From Rhizaria sp. SCN 62-66 (taxonomy: Eukaryota), in assembly GCA_001724265.1 (NCBI GenBank), contig MEDY01000016.1, positions 124,001 through 144,168 of the forward strand: a stretch of 20,168 bases of DNA, written 5' to 3'. Made by a program: the position numbers and the translations under genes. Below are positions 1 through 8,816 of this stretch, in pieces (positions within the stretch are counted from its first letter, which is position 1; every line of letters starts with the position of its first letter). The notes under the pieces are model-generated. The model searched no databases. It was not told the DNA's origin and saw nothing but the letters and a program-made list of their open reading frames with translations.

Positions 1-737
1 GCGCAGCCCAGCAGACGCAGCGAGACGTAGTTGAGCACGGTGCCGAACATCGTCGCCGCGGACTCGATGTGGAGGCCGTAGCCGCCGTCGGGACGCTGGT
101 GCGAGAGCAGGTACTTGATCATCTCGAGGCGGGTCTGCGCTGGCAGGTGGGTGCCCGTGGCGTAGCACGTGAAGATCGCGCCGGGCATCAGGAACATGGG
201 GCCGCCGTAGTCGCTGGGGATGTGTCCGTCCTCGGCCTGGACATGCTTGAAGTACTCGGCGCCCTGCTCGCCGGCCTCCTCGACAAGACGGAGGAACTCC
301 TCGCGCGACAGCGTCTCCATGTCGATGTCCTTCTCGCCGCCGTCCTCGGTGCGGACCGTCTTGACCGTCGCCGCGTTGGCCTTGGCGGCCGTCGAAGAGC
401 CGGGGCGGTAGAGCTCGGCCGGGATGGCCTGCTTGCGGTAGATGTCGTCGCCCGTGTTGGGGTTGGTGAGCATCGTGGCTTGGCGCGCCACTTCGTCGAT
501 CTGCGCGGCAGTGATCTCCTCCTTGTGGTCGTAGACGGAGTTGATTTTGGAGCCGTCAAAGACGCCGCCGGGGAGCATGTCGGTGTAGACGACGCCCTCG
601 GACATGAAGGGGAGACCGTTGTGGCGCACGCCAGCGGGCGTGGTGGTTTGCTTGACGACGGACTCGGCCACCGTCGACTTGTCGGGGCTGAAGTACTGCC
701 AGATCTGGCGACCGGCCTCAGACGTGAGACTCCACAT
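1..737 (-). CDS. CAS1: Oxidosqualene cyclase (cycloartenol/lanosterol synthase family), N-terminal ~245 aa; gene continues beyond the left edge
   Basis: Hand translation from ATG 737 (missing from the ORF track because it has no stop in the window): MWSLTSEAGRQIWQY...QAEDGHIPSDYGGPMFLMPG...EMIKYLLSHQRPDGGYGLHIESAATMFGTVLNYVSLRLLG. These match the OSC motifs GRQxW, DGHWxxDYGGPxFL and QxxDGGWGLHIE..STMFGT.LNYV.LRLLG. The residues that separate cycloartenol from lanosterol synthase lie outside the window, so the symbol CAS1 versus LSS is a guess. Confidence 0.93.
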   Translation of the reverse strand, partial: MWSLTSEAGRQIWQYFSPDKSTVAESVVKQTTTPAGVRHNGLPFMSEGVVYTDMLPGGVFDGSKINSVYDHKEEITAAQIDEVARQATMLTNPNTGDDIYRKQAIPAELYRPGSSTAAKANAATVKTVRTEDGGEKDIDMETLSREEFLRLVEEAGEQGAEYFKHVQAEDGHIPSDYGGPMFLMPGAIFTCYATGTHLPAQTRLEMIKYLLSHQRPDGGYGLHIESAATMFGTVLNYVSLRLLGC

Positions 738-1212
738 CTGTTTCTTTAAGAGGCGAAAAACACGGGGAGTAAAACAGAATCAGCACATGTAAGCGTTGAG
801 AGGGCGAATCCTGCAGGCAAGTAGAGGTGGAGTGGCGGTGACTGCAGATGACAACAAACGCAGCCAAACGCAATGAAGTAATAAAGATGCAAGATGAAGA
901 GCGATGACTGACAAATTATAAAGAAATAACCAAGAAGTCTTGTTTTATCTAGGAAAACTAGAATTGGATCATTCATCGATGCAGAACACCCTTAATATAT
1001 GTTGCAAAGTTGACGATTGAATCTCACGACGATCACCGACCGCCCTGGGACTGGCGTGGGACGACGGGCGCTACAGCGCAGACTGGCGCCACAGCCACCG
1101 AGTCGACTGAGAGGTGGCCATCGCAGTCAGCCGGACCCCAAAGTTGATCGATCGACACACTCCTTGTGCACGGTGGTTTGATCGTCAAAGACGATAAAAA
1201 TTGCTGCACGCG

Positions 1213-4200
1213 ATGGATTCTGACAAGTATTTAACGGCACTTTTGTCGTGGTGCGCCAAAAACGGATTTGACCCCTGTACCACGTGGGGTCTTCGCCCTC
1301 ACATCTTCCACTCGGGACTCCGCGGTGTTCAAGTCTGCCACGCACCCGCTCTCCCTCGGAAGTTGCTCAAAGTGAACAAAAACAAGAATGCAGATACTTG
1401 CCTTGATGGGCTAGCTTGCGATGAGGCTGACACTACCTCAGCTACATCTTGTTCCGAGTCAAGCGATGGTGTTAAGGAGACCATGACAACTCTGTGCAAT
1501 GCCCCGCGACCGCAGTCACTGCTGCGCGTGCCCCACAACCTCGTCATCACGGCCCCGCTTGCACTGGCGTCGAGTCCCTGCGTCGGCGCGCTAGCCCGCC
1601 TTGCCGCCTGCACCGGCAACCCTCTCTCAGAGACGGAGGTGCTTGCGTTGTTTCTGATTGAGCAACGCCGCCTTCTCACCACGATGCGAGCTCTGGCACT
1701 ACAGCAGCAACATCAGCTCTCAGAGGCTGCGGAACGTGACTGTGAGTCGGCGGCTCTTGCTATTGCATCGCCCGCTAACTGGCTGCCATACGTGGCGACT
1801 GTGCCAGAGACCTACGACACCACGATGTTTTGGGGGGACGCAGACTTGGCCAAGCTCGGCCTCAGCGTACGTGTTACAAACGCATCAAAGTTTTGCTTAA
1901 TCAAATTACCAAGTTCAGGGCGCTTATTCTTGCATTTTACAAGTCTTCACAGTTAATATATGCGTATAGCTCTATGTTTCAAGTGAGTCTATTGCATCTG
2001 TTAGCTAATTCCTTTTCTTGTGTTTCTTTCTTTTCAGTCTGTGTTGTGCCCTGCTGATATTGCCACGGTACACGAGGACTGTGGGCCTTGGCGCGCCTCG
2101 CACCGCGGCGTTGCAGAGTTTATCAATACTCTGCGCACGGTTATTCTCTCACACATCAAGAACACCACGAACAAGAGCAATGGTGACGCAGCATCTGAAT
2201 CACGGGTGCAGTCTGAGTGGTCACTGCCACTCTCTCGCGACGCATGCATTACACTTATTAACTCCCCGCTATTGACACATGCGCAGCAATCGACGGACCA
2301 GCAGCTGCTTTCAGTCACCGAGGGGGAGTTCCTGTGGGCGCTGGCGTCGGTTGGGACTCGCACTGTCTACACCCCGCCCATGCACGGCGGCTTGACTTAT
2401 GCAGGCGGCAGCGTGACATCCACCGATGCAGACGCGACGACATCGCCGAGCTCTTCAGCTGTTGCTGGCGGCTTGACTTCGTGGTCTGCGTTGAACAGTT
2501 ACGCGCAGAAAGTTGTGCTGCCTGCTTTGCGCCCAACGACGACAGCTGACACAGCGAACTCTTCAAATGCAACGGAAATCAGTGGTGTGTTGGGTCGGGA
2601 TGCGAGTAAAGCGACTGTGAGCAGTGTCGGCGACATTCATTACTTCGCTCACATTCTCTCCAGCTTACAGTCACCCAGCGGCCCACAGTCCCTCGGCCCC
2701 AGTGCGTTTGCCGCGGCCCTCACCGCGCTGTCGCGGTTCGCTCTCGCGCCCCGGCCACTGGGCACGGAGACTGCGCTGCTAAGGCCGCCGCAGCTGACGC
2801 GCCCGCTACCAACACCACCATTATCTCAACGCAACGCAGACAACACTCAAGCCAGTGAGGCAGATGACGAGACGGCCCGCGTTGCCGCACTGTCTGACTG
2901 CCTCACACTTTGCGCAGCCAATGCTTACACGAGCACAAGCAAACGTAGTTCTGGCCCTACTGCTGTTTACGTTGCTCCCGTGACACCGACGTGCGCGCTC
3001 GTGCCCTTCTTTGACTTGCTGAACCACTCGTCGGACGCGTCCGTCGCAGTATCCTGGTCTTACACAACCACAAGCTCTCTCGCTAGCACGGCTGCGACTG
3101 AAAGCGCATCACGCGTATGGGGTCCCGAGTATGACTTGTCGCTTGAGCAAGGCTCGATCGCACCCAAGACACTGTTCAATGTTGATGTTGACAGTGTGGC
3201 TGCAGCTGCTGTTGATCACGAGAACATGACGGGATTCGGCGAGAGTGAAGCGTTCATCACATATGGTCCTCTCACAAACCTGACTTTGCTGCAGCGCTAC
3301 GGATTCGCCCTCTCGACCCCCACACTCCCAGTTAGCGAAGCACGCGCGACCACGAGTACTGGCCCTCAGGTCACAACTCCGCCGTTGTCCTTGTCGAGTG
3401 AGTTCAACAAACACGACCGTGTGCGTGTGTCGCTGCGCTTTGTTGAGCGACTGCTGGCGCAGACGACTGTCGCTGCAGCCGCAGGTGCCGGTGCCTGTCC
3501 GTTGCAAGCAACACAACAGCAGCAGCAGACAAGCTCCGCATTGGCTACGTCAAAGTCAGCGTCACAGTCGTACGCAAGTTCTGGCTCTAGCTCTTCGAGC
3601 TCTAGCTCCAACTCACTCTTGGCGGCACTGCCCTCGTGGCAACACAGCTTGCTGACCGCGTGCGGCTTATACTCTATCTCCGCCGGCCACGTCTTCGAGG
3701 TCTCGAGCACCGGTCTCCCGTGGGACCTGTGGCTGTACCTGTCGGTGCGTCTGCTGTCGAGCCACGACCTTGCCCATTGGAGCGCTGGGAAGCCCACGGC
3801 CGCCCCAGCCCCGGTCCTCGCGGTGCTGTCTGCTGCAGACGGCGCAGCAGCACTATTCCCGTCTCAAGCGGCCGCAACTGCGCCAGCGACTGCGAGCGCG
3901 AGTGCGAGCGCAAGTGCTGGGCGTGCTTTGACCGCAAACGCACTTGCCGCCCGCGCGCGCGCTACCGCTGCAGTCTCCGCCTCCACCGCTGCTCGCCGCA
4001 CCACAGCCGCGTCTGCGACCGGAACAACAGCGGCGCCTGTGGCGGTGAGTGTGGCGACAGTGCGCAGTGCCAGTGAGGCGTTGCTTGCAGACGCGCCGCT
4101 GGACGCGAACCACGGCGTGCGCGTCCGTGCTCTCAGCCTGTGGCTGCTGCAACAGGCGCTGGTGTGCGTCGAGGCCGCGTCGCAGTGGCCCCAGTCGCAC

Positions 4201-4428
4201 TCAGGCGCTGGCACAGGGACCGGGGCGAAGAGCAGCGACTGCGGCTGTGGCTGGCACGGTGCGAGCGTTGCCTCGCAAGCAGCCGCCACTGACAGCAGCA
4301 ACGCCACGGTGCGGTCTGCTGTGGGCGCGGGTGGCGGCGTGGAGAGGGGCTGGTTGGCTGATATCTTTTTCAAGTCGCGAGTCTGGATCCTCAAGACGGC
4401 GATTCAAAACGTCGAGAAAACTGAGTGA
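1213..4428 (+). CDS. SET-domain protein methyltransferase, SETD3/SETD4/Rubisco-LSMT family; exons 1213-1866 and 2038-4428, ~1014 aa with long low-complexity insertions
   Basis: Phase-0 intron 1867-2037 (GTACGT...TTTCAG) joins the two ORFs. Motifs in order: LLSWC..NG, GLRGV, LLRVPHNLVIT, LALFLIEQR, WLPYVATVP, FLWALASVGTR, ALVPFFDLLNH and EAFITYGPLTNLTLLQRYGF. These correspond to the family's NH and YG..N..LL..YGF signatures. Confidence 0.88.
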
Positions 4429-4783
4429 CATTGACTCGCTCGCAATTTATTATTTTTGTCACTGCTTACATAGATGGTGCTTTTAATAGTTGTTGACATG
4501 CTATATAGTCATACATTTGAATTCATTCGAGATCAAGATTGTAAACCAAAGTTGATGTGTATTTTGTAGAAAGTTCTTTGTTATGTTGTGTAGAATGAGC
4601 TAGCATTCTGCTTCAACGAGTGCAAATACCATTTTTTAATCTCTATGTAGCAGTCATGGCCCTAGTACACCGCGTGGTTGCGTAGAAGCGGGTTGCTTCA
4701 AGCTGTCTGTGCCAGATTGTGAAAAAAAACAACTCAACCTTAGTTGCTGCGTCATCATCGTTCGCCTCGCAGACACAGCGTAT

Positions 4784-5787
4784 TCACGTGTTGTTCTTCG
4801 AGTTGGACGTATTTAGAGCGCGGATGTCGGCGATGCCACGTGCAGTGGCAACGCCGTACGTGTTGCCGAGGAAGTGGTGGGTCGGCACGTAGCCACCGTA
4901 GCCCTAAACAAAAAAATAAAATAGTATACAAAAAATAGTATAATACAAAAAAAGAGAACAAAACAAGCCCTGGTGAGAACAAGGGCGTTATATATGGTGT
5001 CTTAGACGTTTTACAACATCTACGCACATTAACTCATTGTAAAAATGTTATAATCGTGTGTTTTGCGCGACGTACGGGCAGGTGCTGGGAGATGCGCTCG
5101 TCGGGCAGGCGGCGCGAGATGGTGTCGCAGCCGTGGATGACCGGCGCCGGGGGGCAGTGTGCGGCGGCGCGCTGCTGCTCGCGCTCGCGGCGAAAGATGG
5201 CTTCAGCGCCACCGGTGGCGGGGCCGTGGGCGAGGTTGCCGCTGCGGCCGGGGACCTGCGTGTGTTATCAGTCGGAAAGCGAGAACGAAGGACAAATGCA
5301 GGAAATATGTCAGCAAGATGTGCAATACAGCACATAAAACCAAGTTGCAAAATAATTCGTAGTTTAAGAATGATTATAATAAGAAGAATCGTCTTCATTT
5401 ATCAATTAATATCGTTAGATGTGCGTTTAGATCAATTTCAGATCTTCGCCGTACCTGGTCGGGGTTGTTGAGGTGGAGCACCGGCTCCTCCTCAGCTGCA
5501 GCCCTAGCCGCATTGAGCGCCATGTCGTTAAACTGCGCGGTCTTGCGCGCGCCGGCGCTGATGTCGGTGAGGTTGTTCTTCTGCGCCGCGTTGATGCCCT
5601 CGATGGTAGCGGCCAGCTCGGCCTTCTTGGCCTTCGCGAGCTCACGTGCGTCCACCGTCGCCTTGGTGGGATTTGCGTAGATCTCGCGGAACGTGTTGTA
5701 GACGGTGTTGTCACCGGCACGTTCGTTGTAGCCGATCGCGTCGCTCGTCGTCGTCGCGTAGACAGGGTTGTAGGCGCGGGTCGCCAT
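4784..5787 (-). CDS. FAM166/CIMIP2-like ciliary microtubule inner protein; exons 5787-5455, 5255-5076, 4903-4784, ~210 aa
   Basis: Two phase-0 introns (GTACGG...CGCAG; GTACGT...TTTAG) give a continuous frame ending in TGA 4786-4784. The spliced C-terminus HLPGYGGYVPTHHFLGNTYGVATARG matches the PGYxGyxP...GxTY repeat of FAM166-type MIPs. The exon structure is solid; the family call is moderate. Confidence 0.65.
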
Positions 5788-6140
5788 AGGTGCAACTGCA
5801 GTGATGATGAGTGAGGATAGAGTGTCCAGTTAAGTGGTGGGTGTGAGAAGATTACGCATGATTTGAACGGTGATAAATGAATGGTATATGAACCAGACCG
5901 CAAATGCATGAAAACTAAATCGGTTCTGCTTATGACGGTCATTTGAGTGAGCATCATGTCGCGAAAGATGGGTGCTGTGAAACCGCTGCGAGCTCTCGGA
6001 AGCTGCTGCCTGCAGCGGTTCGCAAAAAAGCGAAGCAGCAGCGAGCGAGGAGCGAAGCGGGCGAGGGGGCTGAGGACGCGTTTGAGAAGTCGTCTGTGTG
6101 TCCTCGACATCGTGAAAAGCGAATAGGAGTCTTACCAGCA

Positions 6141-7893
6141 ATGCGTTTGCTGACTAGCCTTCTTGTTGTGGCATGTGTCGCGCTGCTGGCCTATGTGCCT
6201 GGCGCGACAGCAGTGAAGGCGAATGCCCAGGTCCTCTCGACTCTGGGGATGAGCCAGTCTACCTTTATGGAGGCTGTTCAGAAGCTTCAGGAGGCTCGGT
6301 ACGTAGCAGATCATATTTATTACGTAATTTAACATCTAAAGTAGCGTCCCATCGCGGTTGCATTCCGACCCGACGTCTACATCATGACATACACTTATCT
6401 TTGACATCATATTCTCACTCCTTTGACTTCACTTGTCTCACCGTTGTCCTCGTTCTCTCTCACACCCGTACAGCGAGGAGGCTGAGGAGGGCAAGCTGCC
6501 CCAATGCGGTGGCCTTGTCAAGAAGCTTTGCCAGCCTTGCCCCAACGGTGGCCCCGAAGGTTTCTGCAAGTCCATGGAGGAGGAGTGCTCCAAGATCTTC
6601 TGCAACCCGATGTGCAAGCGCAACACGTGGACGTGCTCTGTCGAGTTCGGCGCCATGACCGTCGAGTCCAAGGCCAAGACCAAGTACGAGGACGCCCTGT
6701 GCGTCAACTTTATCAACGAGGCCTGCTCGACTCTGCTCGACTGCTGCCCGCGCGACGCCTACCTCTACACCGAGGTTGAGGAGAAGGTCTACGGCAACGA
6801 GTTCCCCAACCCCGCGCTGCCCACGCCGTCGTGTCTGCACGACCCGGCCGCCGAGGAAGTCGGCAAGCAGCTCTGCGACAAGTGCAACGGCGCCGTCAAG
6901 GTCACGCTCAAGAAGCTCGAGTGCAAGTATCCCAAGACCCCCGCGTTCCTCGAGACGGCTACGTACGTTAGCGCGGAGCAGGAGGCCGCCGCGGACGCCG
7001 CCGCCGCGCGCGAGGCTGACTCGCTCTACGAGTCCCTCTACACCGGGCTGCGCCACGGCAATGGCGCCATGCCGCTCGAGGATCTGCGCGCCGCAGACGA
7101 AGCCCTGCTCGCGTCGATCGAGGCGGGCGGCGACGTCGACCGCGTGTCCTTCCTCGAGGCGGCGTCCGCTGCCGCCGCCGGATCCGAGACCGCGGCGGAG
7201 TCCACCGAGAATCCCGAGCGGTTCGGCACCCCCGCCGAGGGCTTTCCCGGCGAGCCGTCGTACTTCGGCCTCCAGACGCGCTGCGAGGCGCTCGCGAAGC
7301 GCGTCGACGAGCAGTTCAGCACAATGCAGACCAAGTTCCAGGCCAAGGCGTGCCAGTGCATGGGGTGCTGCGTCAAGGTCAACGAGCCCATCTGCTACTT
7401 CCCCATGACGGCCGTGATCACGGGCCCGCCCTCGCTGACGGACCCGCAGGTCGGCATGGCCAGCAGCAACAGCGACCTCACCGGCGACTCCGAGGCCAAG
7501 GCGGGCGGCGCGGCATCCACGCTCGAAGTCTCCGCCGGCGCTGACGCCGACGCCGAGGCTGACGCTGACTCTGAGTTTGACTCGGACGCTGACGCCGACG
7601 CCGACGCCGACGCTGACGCTGACGCTGACTCTGAGGCTGACGCTGACGCTGACGTCGACGTGGAGGCCGAGTTGGACGCCGAGGAGGAGCTCGACGACGT
7701 GGCGTTCCTCGAGTTCGCCATGAGTGCCGCGCGCTCCCGGTCTGCGTCGCCGCGCTACAACCCCAACGGCATGACGCCCCAGCAGTTCTACCTGAACCAG
7801 GCGCCGCAGCTGATGCGCGAGCGCGTCACCAACACGGCCTGGTTCAAGCGCATGCAGGAGGAGAAGATGGGCCAGCAGCAGGAGCAGGCGTAA
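6141..7893 (+). CDS. Unknown secreted cysteine-rich precursor protein with repeated FLE motifs and acidic spacers; exons 6141-6298 and 6474-7893, ~525 aa
   Basis: Signal peptide [24 protein letters not shown]; phase-2 intron 6299-6473 (GTACGT...TACAG); strong C/G-ending codon bias; a 16-Cys block and a 6-Cys block; TAA 7891-7893. No recognisable family. Confidence 0.85.
7538..7680 (+). repeat. Coding hexamer repeat (GACGCY)n encoding an Asp-Ala/Glu acidic tract ([38 protein letters not shown]...)
   Basis: Directly visible tandem gacgct/gacgcc units inside exon 2 of the secreted protein. Confidence 0.9.
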
Positions 7894-8816
7894 GGTTGAC
7901 GATATAGTGAAGTTGGATGGGGGTTTAAGCCGCCATGCGTGGCATGGCTGGTTGCAGTAGAATAATATTTTCTACGAAAACAATTATTACAAAGTCTAAA
8001 TAATAAACAAACCAAAAACATTTGATCTTTCTTGAGGACAACTGACTTCAGATATGTTAAGTATTGAAAAAGTGATTCTGTATGAGTCATCGTGTGAAAC
8101 TACTCGAAAAGTCCAGATACTCCGGAGTAGGCTGAGAACAAACCAAGCCTGTGGACGTGTACAATCATGGCCTTTCGCGCATTGTCAGGCCCACCGAGAT
8201 AACGGGGAAGACCGAACATGATAAGGGAAGTAGTAACGTTTGTGGGTAAAAGTAAAAAGGCGTTGAAACAATGGACTAGAGCTGAAAAAAGATGCAACTT
8301 ACTAAAGCAACTTACTAAAGAGTAAAGTCTGTCTGTCTTGACACATACAAAGACAGAAACTAGCAAAAACAACGTACAAAGACTCGTGAGAGTCTCGCGT
8401 AACAGTACGCGTTGTTGAGTTGGAAACAAGCAAAAAACTTCCACACAAAAAAACAACACCAGCAAACTAATAGATTCAGTTGCACAACGCAAGTAATTTC
8501 GCTCAGCAAAGCGATGCAACGCGGTAAGTAACCAAGTACGTGTCCAAATATTCGTGTGTAGGAAGAGTAGTGGGTAAGAAAGTACGTGAGACTTCTCAGA
8601 GCTAGCGAGTGATAAATGCGCGTTAAGCACAAAAACACAGAAACCGCCGAGCGAGAGCCGTCACATATCTTTCACACCCACAACACAATGATAAAAACAC
8701 AAACAAACCAGGAGCAAAACAAAACAAACATGTAATTCGCACAGCGACTTTGCCGCTTTCGCTGATTGCTGCTTGCTATGATGTGTGAGCACTTATCAGT
8801 GCACACTTCACTCACT

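Noticed and set aside
69-749. 226-aa plus-strand ORF, and similar long antisense or shifted ORFs (e.g. 6460-7056, 9258-9737, 14846-15898, 17532-18203)
   Set aside because: Shadows of GC3-rich genes on the opposite strand or another frame; no motifs, often non-ATG starts.
5830-6140. Upstream extensions of the FAM166-like or secreted genes (ORFs 5427-6110, 5830-6141, 5943-6332)
   Set aside because: Different frames or overlap with the divergent promoter; the signal peptide fixes ATG 6141, and coding-type codon bias starts at ATG 5787.
8118-8192. 12-bp palindrome TACTCCGGAGTA and a minus-strand GGCCTGACAATGCGCGAAAGGCC resembling a hammerhead core
   Set aside because: The core reads CUGACAA, not CUGANGA, and there is no stem II; a single short palindrome is expected by chance.
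8100-8638. Minus-strand ORFs of 176 and 92 aa
   Set aside because: AT-rich, Leu/Phe/Cys-biased translation of the convergent 3'UTR region, without the coding codon bias.
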